A stretch of 64,000 bases of DNA from Lytechinus pictus (lineage: Eukaryota): contig NC_087245.1 of the NCBI RefSeq assembly GCF_037042905.1, positions 34,164,001 through 34,228,000 of the forward strand. Reading direction: 5' to 3'. Below the pieces are notes generated by a model. The model made no database searches, had not been told where the DNA came from, and saw only the letters and a list, made by a program, of their open reading frames with translations. Position numbers and translations under genes: made by a program. This document shows, in pieces, positions 39,434 through 54,348 of the stretch. Each line of letters begins with the position of its first letter. Positions within the stretch are counted from its first letter, which is position 1.

Positions 39434-40684
39434 TTATGGCATGAAATCTGTGAAAAAGAATACATATTATATATCCTTGCTCTCAAGAAATCTTTCATTA
39501 CAAGTAAAACTCCAGAAATATTATTTTTGCAGTCCGGTATACATCTTTGCTGCTAGATACTATTATACAGTAGTAAACCCCACAATCAACCTTACCCTAC
39601 CAGAATACAACACAACTGGCTTATTACATTAAATTTTATTCCTCATTAAGGATGTAATTGGATAATCAGTTGCATTAAACCTCATTGGTTGTATGACAAT
39701 GAGATCGTTGGATAATGATGCAAAATTGATGTTGTTCCACGGAAAATTACTCTCGCAGAGCTGGGTATGATTTCCAATGAAGATTTGTTTTATCTAGTCG
39801 ACTTGGTTGTAAAAGCTTCTCTTCAAACCTATGTCCAGATGTATTGTCATTCCAGCCAGACCTGTAACATAAACAAGAAATTTATATTATAATATAGTTT
39901 GGTTCTGACTGTTTGGCATTTAATATATAAAACATGCACCACGAAATTCTAGAATGAAAAAAAAAACACGCGATGGAATGTTATCACTTGATAATGATCA
40001 TCCTGTTTGTTGGTATTTAGATTTATGACCTGGATCTATCAATAGAAAATATCAAACAAATGTTGTTGCTAGTTTGATTATGATCATCGATTTTAGCCTC
40101 AGTATATACATTACTTGTCTAAAGTCCCTTCCATGTATCTCTAAAATTCACGGTAACTTTTCTCAAACCTATGTCTCCACCACTTTATCAAGTCAAAAGT
40201 GCATAGGTATGTGGTTCTGTAATAAAATGTCAAATCAAAATTACGAAATTTGAATAACAGCCATGTTAATAACGAATGGTTAGATATAGACTTACACTAG
40301 CAACTGGTTTGAATTTGTATATATACAGAATTTGTCAAAAGAGTTTAAATGAAACAAAACTTACTGCAATAATTCAGACGAACGAGACGATTATCATGTG
40401 CATAATTATTGATCATAATGGCTCAACGCAAAAACGAATGATCGTACGAGGACTCAACGAATGAACGAGTGGCTGAACGTATACTTTTTGAATATATGTA
40501 TTAACAGTTATTTTTTCGCTAGCTGAAAGTATAACGTCAGAAGGCAAAAAGCTGAATGATTATAAATAACGCGCTACCTCATTCATTCAAAACAGGTTGA
40601 ACTATCACAGTCACGTTGAAATTAAGTCACCTTTGGATGAAACTGCATCAATCTTTTCGAGATTATATCTACCCCAGCAAGTTT

Positions 40685-40721
40685 TTTTTCAAATAAACAT
40701 TTATTTTCTTCCATTTCATTA
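40685..40721 (-). mobile_element. ~37-bp extremely 5'-truncated retroposed insertion
   Basis: Minus strand GAAATGGAAGAAAATAAATGTTTATTTG + A-run; flanked by AGTTT; absent from other units. Confidence 0.55.
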
Positions 40722-42114
40722 GTTTAGTCAGCCAACCAATGGGGCCCTATTTGTATGATTGTTTTCCCTACAAAACCTGGAATTAAACTTCGCCTCACAA
40801 ACCAGCTCGATAAAATTTATAGATTCATTAAAATCATGAATCATATATCTTTCTTTAGGTAAATAACTTCTGAAGAACTTTGATCATTATACTTGACTTT
40901 GCTAAGGTTGACATGGATACAAAATTATTAAAATGAATGATTTTTTTTTACTGTCCAAAAGCCTCCTGGCTAGTGGTGAACAGATATTTGTGTTATTCCA
41001 TACCCGAAACATAAACATCAAAAATCATAACAATAAAATTTCTCGGTTATGATAATGATTTCTAAGTGTGATATACATGTATGAATTATGCATTATATCT
41101 AGAATATAAAAAAAATCTTTTTCATTTTAAAAAGAACATTATTATTGCTATTATAACCACCATCATCGCCGTTTGGTAAAAATTTGGGGGATTATTTATT
41201 TACTTATGTTTTATCTAGATCTACTAACAGAGAGAAAGTTATGCCTATGTCTATGCCATGTATTCTGCGACTGTTACCATCTGTGCCTTTGTATGCGCCT
41301 ATGGCCCTTTCCCTTCTATAATCCACGATTCTTTGAGCAACAACCATGGTAGGGTACAGTATTTATTTTACGTATATAACAAAATATAAAACAGGTTTTC
41401 AGTTTTGTCAACATAACAATACTATTCTTCCATGAGGACCATATTGGTAACGATTTCTAGATCTATTACTATATGTGCGTGGGAATGTTGTTATAACTTC
41501 TGTCGAACAAGAATTACGAGAATGGCACATAAAAGACTAAGCATATAGGAAGAATCGTAATTCAAAACTATTATTGTCCTTGTCCACATATTGACTTTGA
41601 ATATTGACTCTTTGTCAGAATACCGATCATGTTAGACCTAAATAATTATGAACCGTCCAATCTCACTCACAATTGACATAATATTGTGGATTACCATGGG
41701 GAGATAAATCCCCACGGGGTTTAGAACTCTGTTATGGGACTGTGCATGGAACCATATTATTTTCCTTATGATAAGTAAAGTAGATATTTAGAAAAGGGTG
41801 CATATAATTGACATTGCATGATCAAATATTATACAAAATTACTTACTTATAACACTTAAATCCTCCCGCATTATGTAGTGGATCGGGCAGCAAGCTGCCC
41901 TAAAATCAACCAAACGAAAAATGAAAAAATCAAATAGACAAAATCAATGTAATAAATCTCACCTGGTAAAGTTTCGTAACGGATACTCGTACTTGGGCAA
42001 ACGTGATGTCTGTGTCTTTTGGATACGAAACCGATTAACGCCCGAATAACCGAATATCATTCATGCTTGCTATGATAATTTCACCTGCCAAATCTTGACA
42101 TGGGAAAGCATTAT

Positions 42115-42390
42115 TACCCAGGAGTGGTGCCGGGGTATAGGGGCAAGACGATTTAGAGATGACGCTGGTTTTCTCTTCAATTAAATAATAGTGTTCTAAC
42201 GGAATTAAATGACCTAACATGCTCTTTTAATGTTCTTTGTTTTATCCTCCTCTTTTGTAATTTTGATTAAATACTTGAAAAAACATCACCGGAGGCCACG
42301 CCCCCGTCCCCTCCTTGCGGCACCACCCCTGCAAGAAAGTACGCCAAATCCGAGCTCGCGAACAATGTAACGATATTTGTCGGGGGAAAG
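42115..42390. promoter_or_regulatory. CpG-rich promoter-like region, unit 4
   Basis: CCACGCCCCC at ~42296, GGGGTATAGGGG at ~42132. Confidence 0.4.
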
Positions 42391-42414
42391 CCTTACCACC
42401 TTTTTCTTTTCGAA

Positions 42415-43410
42415 AAAAGTTGTAAAGCTTTAGGCACATAAACATAAAAATTATTCAAATGAATTCGATTACCCGTAGGTGACAACACAGCAATCTTCTT
42501 GATATGACACTACAACACTTAAGGATATAGGCTAAGATCAAGCTTCGGTCAGGCTCCTATGGAGGACCCTATCATTTTGCCTAATTAACTTACTCTACAA
42601 ACCTGGCACTAAAACCTAACCGTAACCAATATCCATAAAATGTCAAAGTTTCATTAAGATCAGTAAGTGATATTGCCGTATTGTTCTAGGGGTAAAATGG
42701 ACTCACTCATACAGCAACGTTGGTCAGGCTGGCATCTGTCCTCTCTCTCTCTCTGACATCGTCATGCATCCACAGGACCAAACAAAAATTTCCCTTTGGA
42801 TCCAGTGATAAAATATTTCTCCATAGTGTCTCTGTTCGCTGATGTTCACATTATCAAGTTCAACTTGACAAATCAAGGGGAGAACAACCGTCCAGAGACC
42901 CATCAACAAACCTCCCGTGAGATTCGGATTAGTCTCGGCGATGCTCTGCCTTGGGAAAGGTGTTTATCTAGTGCGCACACGAAAAAAAGGAGATCTGTCC
43001 AAGAAGAATATTGTTAACTGATTCTGCATCTGGAGTCCTTCCTAATAATATTCAACCGTATGAATATTAGGAAAGTATCGCCAAAGAATGGTACATAATG
43101 GTGTTTTTCTCCGTGTCCATAATCTAATGGATATCAAACATTTGGTCAGAACTCGGCAGGTCTATATTTCTCAATTTCATCATTAGGAGGAGGAGGCGTG
43201 ACATCGTCCATGGATGTAGTGAGGTCGACGATTAGTAAATTAGAACACAAACTTCTACGGGAATCGAGTCTTAAAAGTTGAAAAATACTTTTCACTCCAT
43301 GTCCATATTTCGAAACAAGTTCCAGATAACTTGAGGACTCCGAATTTCGTGAAAACTGTGGAATTTAAAGAAAACACACAAAAAATGATTATGAATACCA
43401 ACAACGATTA
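42415..43410 (-). pseudogene. Paralogous LRR-like remnant (unit 4)
   Basis: Nucleotide homology; fragment LWTVVLPLICQVELDNVNIS at 42724-42909. Confidence 0.35.
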
Positions 43411-44016
43411 CGAATACCGGTACAATGAGAAGAGAACAAAATAATGACAATCGTTATATTTAAAGACACAAATATATAATTCACTGCAGTTAAACTTGTG
43501 CATATATGTTGTTAATTAAACGAATTCTGCTTCTGCGATATTTATTGGCACAATTGAATAAATTAAATAATACTTAACGTAGGTTCTCAGAAGAATATCA
43601 CTTAACACTGATCAATATCTAAACTACAAGCTTAAGGCAAGTCTTCAGACAAATTTGAAGAAGTAGAACACTACCAAACCTTTGAACTAGATCACCTGAC
43701 AGTTTGGCGGGTTGACACAAAAACGTTCCGAGGGCCACACTTCCAGAACCCGACAATCCTAGGCATGTATTCACATTTTCTATTAACAAGGTTTTCTTAC
43801 TGGGACATTCTGTCTCTTATCAGCCACTCTGCTTTTGAGAATGAAAGAACGGAAATAAAAAATTACCATGTTTAAAGGCAGGGCACATTGGAATACTATT
43901 TATAGAAGCTTGTTAGGACGAATAGAAGCAGAATTAAGGAATATTATAACATTTTAAGAGAGTAATGCCAATGGAAGACTACCAATAAATGCTGAAGTAG
44001 CTACCAACTAAATCAG

Positions 44017-44225
44017 TGCCGGCCGCACATAAACGTTGTTAGCCTAACAGAGCACTAACATTAAGCCCAGTCACATCTTTCGGATTGTGAAGTCAAAACA
44101 TTTATTTTAATGTGCAAGTAATGCATTGTTGCAACAGTAGGCATCGCTACCACATTACCGGTTGTAACAGGGCCTCTGTACGTTAGTGCATTGTTAGCGA
44201 TAACAGCGTTTCTGTGCGGCCAGTA
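44017..44225. mobile_element. Same MITE at the homologous site in unit 5
   Basis: Nearly identical to 15059-15267, same flanks. Confidence 0.8.
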
Positions 44226-44609
44226 CAGGTTATTGATATTTTAATCGTATAAAGACAATGTTAACAAAGGCCCTGGAAAAACTCCACCAAAGGTTGAACT
44301 GGCTATACTGGGCAAATAAATAAAAGTTATTATCAAGAGTAAGGGTAAAATCATATATTTCATATGAGCTGGAAAGTTGAAAAACCGCCGATAATCGCTG
44401 AAGTAGTTACCCTTGGCGAAAAACGCATCAAGCTTGAACAGAGAATAAAGATCGTCACATATACAAGTTACGAAAAAGTAATGCCAATATAAAAAAAAAC
44501 AATAATTTGATGAATGTAAATCAAATATATGATTTAAAAGTAGATTTCAAACTGTACTTTCCCATTCTGTTCAGCCGCTTTGCATTTCGAGAATGGAAGA
44601 GAAATAATA

Positions 44610-45036
44610 CAGGGTTCCCAGTTTTTCAAAATCAAAATTCCCTGATTTTTCCCTGATGAAGTTTAAAAATTCCCTGATAATTGTTTAAACACATTCCCAG
44701 TTTCACATGTTTTGTAAGTTGTTGGAGTGAATTACATGTATTTTCAGCAACAAATTTTGTACTGCAGTCAAAGAGGCTACACTAAAAAACCACCATAACT
44801 CGTCATTCAGTGGAAGCTGTTTTGATATGCAACAAAATATAACAGACTAAACAGAGTCTGAATGACTACCGTGCTTTCGACAATTGGGCCAATAAAATTT
44901 CCCTGATTTTCCCCTTTAGTTGAGGCATTTCCCCCTGATTTGAGGTATTCTATTTTTATCGAATTCCCTGATTTTTCCCTGACTGGGAAAAAGTAAAATA
45001 ATTTTCTCGGATTTCACTGATGGGCTTGGAACCCTG
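44610..45036. mobile_element. CAGGGTTCCC MITE, unit 5
   Basis: Same termini and internal repeats. Confidence 0.8.
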
Positions 45037-46087
45037 AAGTAAAATGCAATAAATGGCAGCTTGAAAAACCGCTGCTAAAGGCCGAAGTTTATACACAAGG
45101 AAAAGCGTCTTTATTAAAGGTCATCCCAAACAAATTAACAAGGCCTATATATTACAATTAAAGGGAAACGGCTAACCTACGAAAAGTTTAAGTGTTACCA
45201 AGATCAATAGCAGACCATTAACATCAGCTGAAGTGACTTCTCTCGGCAAAAAAAATATTAATTTTCATAATTGAAATAAAGCAAGTCGGAAAAGAAAAAA
45301 AATGAGTAGTTACGAAAGAAATAAATACACATGAATTACATAATCAATCAGGAAATTCCAATGAGTACATATATTAAACTTTTGCTTTTGCATCAGTCGT
45401 TCTGCTTCTGAGAATGAGAGAAAAAATAAATTTACCACGTTAATAGGGCAGGGAAAAATGGGATGTTGGGAAGATGTTGTGGTAATGATAGCAGGGTCGC
45501 TGAAAAATGGACTTGTCTAACCTGGAAAATGACAGTCATTATAAATATTCATGTAAAAAAAGTATCAAGCCTGAAATGAGAAGACAGTAAAGATCAAAAG
45601 TTATAAGTAAAGTAGAGGTCGGCCAATATCAGCTGAAGTGGTTTCCCTTGGTGAAAAATAGAAGAACTATTGTTCATATTATAAACAAAATGTATCCAGA
45701 CAGACAAAAAAAAATACTAGAAGTTCTGAAAAGAGGAAATACAATCGTTTATATAATTATTTAATTGTAGAATTGAATAAGTATTTATTGGATTTTTGTT
45801 TTTGTATCATTTGCTCTGCTTCCGAGAGAGAAAAAAAACATATCCGGGCACAGAACGCGGTAAAGGGGTATTCGTGAGGCTTTAAAAAATAATTGCCAAT
45901 GTACGCAGGGTCGATAGAAGACTGCCAACATCACCTGAAGAGGTAAAAGGATAATCATTTTAACATTATAATTAAAATGCATCAGCCGCTGGAAGAACGC
46001 AAAAAAAAAAAACGAGTGGCTATTTTCAGTAAATACGAGCTATCAATAATATATAACAACATCATATTTACGACATAACTATGTCAA

Positions 46088-46268
46088 AATAATATAATAA
46101 TAATAATAATATAGGGTATTTATATTGCGCACATATCCACCTTGTTAGGTGATCAAGGCGCTCCTATATTACCCGGCTAAGCTAGGCGTTCATAGCGCAC
46201 ACAGCTTTTTAAGGAATTACTTCCTACCGGTACCCATTTACCTCACCTGGGTAGAGTGCAGCACACTC
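46088..46268 (-). mobile_element. 5'-truncated SINE with L2-like tail
   Basis: Minus strand: CCCAGGTGAGGTAAATGGGTACC core, GCGCAATATAAAT tail motif, (TAT)n end; inserted in TGTCAACATGGG, which is intact in other units. Confidence 0.8.
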
Positions 46269-46993
46269 AATGGGTCCACTTGAAGCTGTTTGCCTGTTTG
46301 GGTATAAATGTAATATAATGTAGAATCATTATCAATTGGTATCATGATATATTCTTTATTGAACAAGTATCACCCTCGAAGGAGACTGCCAATAAATGCT
46401 GATACGAAGTGGCTAATCTGAGTAGATAAGAATGATCATTATCAACATTGTCTTTAATCGTATCCAGCCTTCAAAGAAAAAATACACCACATAGATTTAT
46501 TGATTCAGCCCTTGAAATCATATTCAACAGTCGTGTCTGTACGCCATTGTTCTCTCCGGGTCATCGTTCAGTAATTGCTTTGTCACAAGATCGCTCCTGG
46601 ATACATGGAATGAAAAAGAAATATCGCTAAACTGTCATTAAATAACGAGGAGAAAATTATAATTTCCAATTTTTTTTCGATTTGCTCGATAATTACTATG
46701 GCAAAAGATATAACGTTTTATTTATTTCTTTTTCGTAATAATGGGGGTAAATTTAGATAATAATCATATCATATCTATGATCTGTGATCAGACGTTTCAT
46801 TCAATTTTCAATTCTCGGCATAAATTCAAGTATAATTGTAACTTGTATTGATATTATTTTTCATCGTGCGTAGTTGATACTGATTGATTTAATTAGGTAC
46901 TTCATATAATGAGGTCGAAATGGCAGCATGGCTTTTAACTAAAAACAGAAAAACAAGATGATATATCATTCAAAATGATATATTATTACTTAC

Positions 46994-49900
46994 CTTTACA
47001 TAGACGGAGGGTGAAATAATCAACACAAGCATCGAAACTTATTGACGGTGAGATGTTGATCATGGGGAGAGCAAAATTAGTTGTTGTCTGACGAAACTGT
47101 GTTGGAGCTAGTTTTAGATAGAGGGACTGCTCTCTGATGAAAGGGTGACGAAGCTAGCGCGGTAAAAGGAAGGGGACTATCCGATGAACGGGTGACGAAG
47201 CTCGTGGTATGTGAAAGGAGACTAGTTGTTCTCTGATGAAGGGGTGAGGAAGCTAGTGGTAGATGGATGGAGTCTAGTTGCTCTCTGGTGAAAGGGAGAT
47301 GGAGCTAAATGGTAGATTGAAGAACACTTGTTGCCTTCTGATGAAAGGGTGGCGAAGAAAGTGGTTGATGAAAAGAGACTAGTTGATCTCTGATGAAAGG
47401 GTGACAAAGCTAGTGGTTGATGAAAATAGACTAGTTGATCTCTGATGACAGGATGGCAAAGCTAGTGGTTGATGAAAAGAGACTATTTGATCTCTGATGA
47501 AAGGGTGACGAAGCTAGTGGTCGATAAAAAAAGACTAGGTGCTTTCTGATGAAAGGGTGACGAAGCTAGTGGTAGACGTGGGAGACTAGTTGCTCTCTGA
47601 TGAAAGGGAGACGAAGCTAGTGGTAGATTGAAAAACACTTGTCGCTCTCTAATGAAAGGGTGACGAGGCTCTTGGTAAAAAGGAGAGAGACTAGTTGCGC
47701 TCTGATGAAAGGGTGACAAAGCTAGTGGTTGATGAAAATAGACTAGTTGATCTCTGATGACAGGATGGCAAAGCTAGTGGTTGATGAAAAGAGACTATTT
47801 GATCTCTGATGAAAGGGTGACGAAGCTAGTGGTCGATAAAAAAAGACTAGGTGCTTTCTGATGAAAGGGTGACGAAGCTAGTGGTAGACGTGGGAGACTA
47901 GTTGCTCTCTGATGAAAGGGAGACGAAGCTAGTGGTAGATTGAAAAACACTTGTCGCTCTCTAATGAAAGGGTGACGAGGCTCTTGGTAAAAAGGAGAGA
48001 GACTAGTTGCGCTCTGATGAAAGGGTGATGAATCTGGTGGTAAATATAAGGAGACTGTTGTCTGATGAACAGGTTAAGAAGCTAGAGGTAGAAGGAAGGA
48101 GGCTATCTGATGACAGAATGACGAAGCTAGTAGTAGATAAAGAGACTAGATGCTCTCTGGTGAAAGGGTGACGAAGCTAGTGGTAGAAGAAAGGAGACTT
48201 TTTGCATTTTGATGAAAGGGTGTCGAAGCTATTGGAAGATGGAAGGAGACCAGTTGCTCTCTAATGAAAGGGTGACAAAACTAGTGGTAGAAGGAAGGAG
48301 GCTATTTGATGGATTAAAGGGTGACGAGCTAGTGGTCGATACAAGAAAATTGGTTGCCATCTGATGAAAGGGTGACGAAGCTTGTTGTAGATGGAAGGAG
48401 ACTGATCTCTGATGGAAGAGTGACGAAGCTAGTGGTAGATGGAAGGAGACCAGTTGCTCTCTGATGAAAGGGAGACGAAGCTAGAGGTATATGGAAGGAG
48501 ATTGGTTGCTCTCTGATAAAAGGGTGTTGAGGTTAGTGGTAGATGGAAGGAAACAAATTGCTCTCTAATGAAATCGTGACAAAGCAAATAGCAGATGAAG
48601 GAGACTAGTTGCTCTCCAATGGAAGGGTGATGAACCTAGGCATAGACGGAGGAACACTTGTAATTTTTATCGGACGGAAGGATCAAGAAGCTAGTGGTAG
48701 ATGGGAGGAGACTAGTTGTTCTCAGATGAAAGGGTGACGAAGCTCGTGGTAGATGGAAGGAGACTAGTTGCTCTCTGATGAAAGGGTGACGAAGCTCATG
48801 ATAGATAGGGCAAACTGCTCTCTGATGAAAGGGGGACACGAATCTAATAGAAGAAGGGAGAAAACTAGTTGCTCTCCGATGAAAGGATGACGAAGCTAGT
48901 AGTAGATGTGAGGAGACTAGTTGCTCTCTGATGAAAAAGTGACGAAGTTAGTGGTAGATGGATAATGACTAGTTGCTCTTAAAAAATGATTACGAAATTA
49001 GTAAAAGATGGGAGGAGACTAGTTGTTCTCTGATGAAAGGGTGACGAAGTTAATGGTAAATAGAAGGAGGCTATCTGGTGAAAGTGTGACGGAGCTAGTG
49101 GTAGATGGATAACGATTAGTTGTTCTTTCAAGAAAGGATTACGAAATTGGTAGAAGATGGGAAGACACTGGTTGCTCTTTCAAGAAAGAATTACGAAATT
49201 GATAGAAGATGGGAGGAGACTGGTTGCCCTCTAATGAAAGGTTGACGAAGCTAGCGGTATATGGAAGGAGACAAGTTGCTCTTTGATAGATGGGTGACGA
49301 AGCTAGTGGTAGATGGAAGGGGGCTTTATCGCAGGAAATCTGTGAAATGGAATACATATTATACATCCTTGCTCTCAAATAATATAACATTACAAGTAAA
49401 ACTCTAGGAATATTATTTCTGCAGTCCGGTAGATAGTCCGCTGCTAGATATTAATATACAGTAGTAATCCCCATAATCAACCATACCCTACCAGAATACT
49501 ATACAACTTGCTTAGTATATTTAATTTTATTCCTCATTAAGGATGTAATTGAATGTTCAGTTGCATTAAACCTCCTTGGTTGCATGAGATCGTTGGATAA
49601 TGATGTAAAATTGATATTGTTCCACGGGAAAATGACTCTCGCAGAGCTGGATAGAATTTCCAAAGAAGATTTTTTTATCTAGTCGACTTGGTTGTAGAAG
49701 CTTCTCTTCAAACCTTTGTCCAGATGTATTGTCATTCCAGTCAGACCTGCAACATAAACAAGAAATTGATATTACAATATAGTTTGGTTCTGACTGTTTG
49801 GCATTGAATATATTAAACATGCACCATGTAGATCTAGAATGAAAAAAAGACACGTGATGGAATGTTATCATCCTGTTTGTTGGTATTTATATTTAAGACC

Positions 49901-52020
49901 TAGATCTATCAAAAGTAAATATCAAAAAAATGTTGTTGCTAGTTTATGATCATCGATTTTAGCCTCAGTATATACATTAATTGTCTAAAGTCCCTTTCAT
50001 GTATCTCTAAGATTCACGGCAACTTTACTCAAACCTATGTCTCCACCACTTTATCAAGTCAAAAGTGCATAGCTATGTGGTTTTGTTATAAAATGTCAAA
50101 TCAAAATTACGAAATTTGAATAACAGCAATGTTAATAACGAATAGTTAGATTTAGACTTAAACCAGCAATTGGTTTGTATATATACAGAATTTGTCAAAA
50201 GAGTTCAAATGAAACAAAACTTACTGCAATAATTCAGACGAACGAGACGAGGATCATGTGCATAATTATTAAACATAATGGCTCAACGCAAAAACGAATG
50301 ATCGTACGAGAGACTCGACGAATGAACGAGTGGCTGAACGTATACTTTCTGAATATATGTATTAACAGTTATTTTTTCGCTAGCTGAAAGTATAACGTCA
50401 GAAGGCAAAGAGCTGAACGATTATAAATAACGCGCAACCTCAACCTTTTTTTTAAACAGGTCTAACTATCACAGTCATGTTGAAATTAAGTCATCTTTGG
50501 ATGAAACTGCATCAATCTTTCCGAGATTATATCTACCCCAGCAAGTTTTAGTCAGGCACCCATTGGGGCCCTAGTTGTAGGATTTTTTTCTACAAAGCTG
50601 GAATTAAACTACGCCTCACAAATGAGCTCGATGAAATTCATATGTTTATCAAAATCATGAATCATATACTTTTCTCCCGGTAAAAACTCCTGAAGAACTT
50701 TTATCAATTTACATGACTTTGCTAATGTTGATGGGGAGATGAAATTATTAAAATAATGATTTTATTTGACCGTCCAAAATCCTTCTGGCTAGTACTAAGC
50801 AGATATTTGTGTTATTCCATCCCCGAAACGTAAACATAAAAGATCTTTATTTCATAATAATAAAATTGCTCAGTTATGATAATGGTTTCTAAGTGTGATA
50901 TAATGTACATGTATGAATTATGCACTATAACTAGATTATACACAAAATTATCTTTTTCATTTTAAAATGACCAACATTATTATCGCTATTATAACCATCA
51001 TCAACACCATGCGGTAAATATTTTGGGGATTACTTATTTACTTATGTTTTATCTAGATCTACTAACAGAATGAAAGTTATGCCTACGTCTATGCCATGTA
51101 TTCTGCGACTGTTACCATCTGTGCCTTTGTATGCCCCTATGGCCCTTTCCCTTCTATAATCCACGATTCTTTGAGCAACAACCAAGTGTTAAGTATTTAT
51201 TTTACGTATATAACAAAAATATAAAACAGGTTTTCAGTTTTGTCAAAGTGGCAATACTTTTCTTCCATGAGGTCCATATTGATAACGATTTCTAGATCTA
51301 TTACTACATGTGCGTGGGACTGTTGTTATAACTTCTGTCGTACAAGAATTACGAGAATGGCACATAATAAATCTAAGCATATTAAGAAGAGATCTACATT
51401 GAGGAAGAATTGTAATTCAAAAATATTATTGTCCTTGTCCACATATTGACTTTGAATAGGTCTATTGCTTTTTGTCAGAATACCGATCATCTTAGACCTA
51501 AATATCTATGAACCATCCGATCTTACACTTGACTTACTATTGAGGATTACCATTGGGAAAAATTATCCACGGGGTTTAGAACTTTGTTATGGGACTGTGC
51601 ACTGAACCATACTTTTTCCTTATAAGTAAAGTAGAAATTCAAAAAAAGGTGCGTATAACTGACATGGCTTAATCAAATATTATACAAAATTACTTACTTA
51701 TAGCACTTAAATCTTCCCGCACTGTATAGTGGATCGGGCAGCAAGCTGCCCTAAAATCAACCAAACTATAAAAAAATAATGATCAAATAGACAAATCAAT
51801 GTAATATATCTCACCTGGTAAACTTTCATGACGGATACTCGTACTTGGGCAAACGTGATGTCTGTGTCTTTTGGATACGAAACCGATTAACGCCCGAATA
51901 ACGGAATATCATTCATGCTTGCTACGATAATTTCACCTGTCAAATCTTGACATGGGAAAGCATTATTACCAAGGAGCGGCGCCGGGGTATAGGGGCAAGA
52001 CGATTTAGAGATGGCGTCGG
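46994..52020 (-). ncRNA. Putative spliced repeat-exon transcript, copy 5
   Basis: Donor 51815, acceptor 49746, array-exon acceptor 49339, donor 46994. Confidence 0.5.
47077..49325. repeat. Minisatellite array 5 (~2.25 kb)
   Basis: Same ~52-bp consensus; near-perfect 312-bp internal duplication (47399 vs 47711). Confidence 0.97.
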
Positions 52021-52250
52021 TTTTCTCCTCGATTAAATAATAGTATTCTATTGGAGTTAAATGGCCCAACACGTTCCTTTAATGTTTTCATTTTATCATT
52101 TATTTTATATTTTCTCCTCTTGTAATTTTCATTAAATACTTGAAAAATATCACCGGATGCCACGCCCGCCCCCACCTTGCGGCAACGCCCCTGTAAGAAA
52201 GTACGCCGAATCCGAGCTAACGAACAATGTAACGAGATTTGAAGGGGAAA
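51965..52250. promoter_or_regulatory. CpG-rich promoter-like region, unit 5
   Basis: CCACGCCCGCCCCC at ~52160, GGGGTATAGGGG at ~51984. Confidence 0.4.
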
Positions 52251-52274
52251 GCCTTACCACCTTTTTCTTTTCAA

Positions 52275-53275
52275 AAAAGTTGTAAAGCTTTCGGCACATA
52301 AACATAAAAAATTATTCAAATGAATTCGATTACCCGTAGGTGACAACACAGCAATCTTCTTGATATGACACTATAACATTTATGGAGATAGGCTAAGATC
52401 AAGCTTCGGTCAGGCTCCTATGGGGACTCTATCATTTTGCCTAATTAACTTACTCTACAAAACCTGGCACTAAAACCTAACCGAAACCTATATCCATAAA
52501 ATGTCAAAGTTTCATTAAGATCAGTAAGTGATATAGCCGTATTGTTCTAGGGGTAAAATGGACTCACTCATACAGCAACGTTGGACAGCCTGGCATCTGT
52601 TCTCTCTCTCTCTCTCTGACATCGTCATGCATCCACAGGACCAAACAAAAATTTCCCTTTGGATCCAGTGATAAAATATTTCTCCGTGGTGTCTTTGTTC
52701 GCTGATGTTCACATTATCAAGTTCAAATTGATAAATCAAGGGGAGAACAACCGTCCAGAGACCCATCAACAAACCTCCCGTGAGATTCGGATTAGTCTCG
52801 GCGATGCTCTGCCTTGGGAATGGTGTTTATCTAGTGCGCACACGAAAAATAGAGATCCGTCCAAGAAGAATATTGTTAACTGATTCTGCATCTGGAGTCC
52901 TTCCTAATAATATTCAACCGTATGAATATTAGGAAAGTATCGCCAAAGAATGGTACCTAATGGTGTTTTTCTCCGTGTCCATAATCTAATGGATATCAAG
53001 CATTTTGGTCAGAACTCGGCAGGTCTTGTCTATATTTCTCAATTTCACCATTAGGAGGAGGCGTGACATTGTCCATGGATGTAGTGAGGTCGACGATGAA
53101 TGAATTAGAACACAAACTTCTACGGGAATCGAGTCTTAAAAGTTGAAACATACTTTTCACTCCATGTCCATATTTCGAAACAAGTTTCAGATAACTTGAG
53201 GACTCCGAATTCCGTGAAAACTGTGGAATTTAAAGAAAACACCAAAAAAAATACTGTAAATACCAATGATGATTA
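52275..53275 (-). pseudogene. Paralogous LRR-like remnant (unit 5)
   Basis: Nucleotide homology; fragment LWTVVLPLIYQFELDNVNIS at 52521-52772. Confidence 0.35.
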
Positions 53276-54348
53276 CGAATACCGACAATAAGAAGAGAAC
53301 AAAATAACGACAATCGTTATATTGGAAGACACACATAAAAAATTCACTGCACATTAAACTTGTACCTATGTTGTTAATATTTGTTAATAAAGTCGGAATG
53401 AAACGAATTCTGCTTCTGCGAGATTTATTGGCACGATTAAATAAGTTCAATAATACTTAACGCAGGTTCTCAGAAGAATATCAGTTAACACTGATCAAGA
53501 TCTAAAGTACAAGCTTAAGGCAAGTCTTCAGACAAATTTGGAGAAGGAAGACAACTTTTCCTCACATTAGTCAAGCAAACATATTACAAAACAATGCAAT
53601 TCTATATGTTTTAATAAAGCACTACTTAACTTTGGAACTAAATCACCTTGAAAGTTTTGGCACGTTGACACAAAAATGTTCCGAGGGCCGCATTTCCAGA
53701 ACCCGACAATCCTAGACCTGTATTCACATTTTCTATTAACAATGTTTTCTTACTGGGACATTCTGTCTCTTATCAGCAACTCTGCTTTTGAGAATGAAAG
53801 AACGGAAATACAAACATCATGTTTAATGGCAGGGTACATTGGAATACTATCTATAGAAGCTGTAACTTCTAGTTAGGAAGAATAGAAGAAGGGTTAAGGA
53901 ATATTATAACATGCAAAGAGAGTAATGCCAATGGAAGACTGCCAATAAATGCTGAAGTAGCTATCAACTAAATCAAGTTATTGATATGTTAATCGTATAA
54001 AGACAATGTTAACAAAGGCGCTGGAAAACCTCCATCAAACGTTAAACTGGCTATTCTGGGCAAATAAAAAAAAGTTATTATTAAGAGTAAGAGTAAAATC
54101 ATATATTTCATATGAGCAGGAAAGTTGAAAAACCGCCGATAATCGCTGAATTAATTACCCTTGTTGAAAAACGCATAGAGCTTGAAAAGAGAATAAAGAT
54201 AGTCAGATACACAAGTTACGAAAATTGTATGCCAATGTAAAAGAAATACACAATAATTTGATCATATATGATTTAAAAGTAAATTTTAAACTGTACTTTC
54301 CCATTCTTTTCAGCCACTTTGCATTTCGAGAATGGAAGAAAAAAAATA

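Larger units (their letters stand above)
37505..42170 (-). ncRNA. Putative spliced repeat-exon transcript, copy 4
   Basis: Donor 41963, acceptor 39861, array-exon acceptor 39447, donor 37505. Confidence 0.5.
34733..43765. repeat. Tandem macro-unit 4 (~9.0 kb)
   Basis: Same order of segments between consecutive landmarks. Confidence 0.95.
43766..53719. repeat. Tandem macro-unit 5 (~10.0 kb)
   Basis: Same order of segments between consecutive landmarks. Confidence 0.95.

Noticed and set aside
14809..53719. Macro-units as autonomous transposons or endogenous virus
   Set aside because: No RT, integrase, transposase, Rep/helicase or capsid ORF; no LTRs, TIRs or TSDs at unit boundaries.
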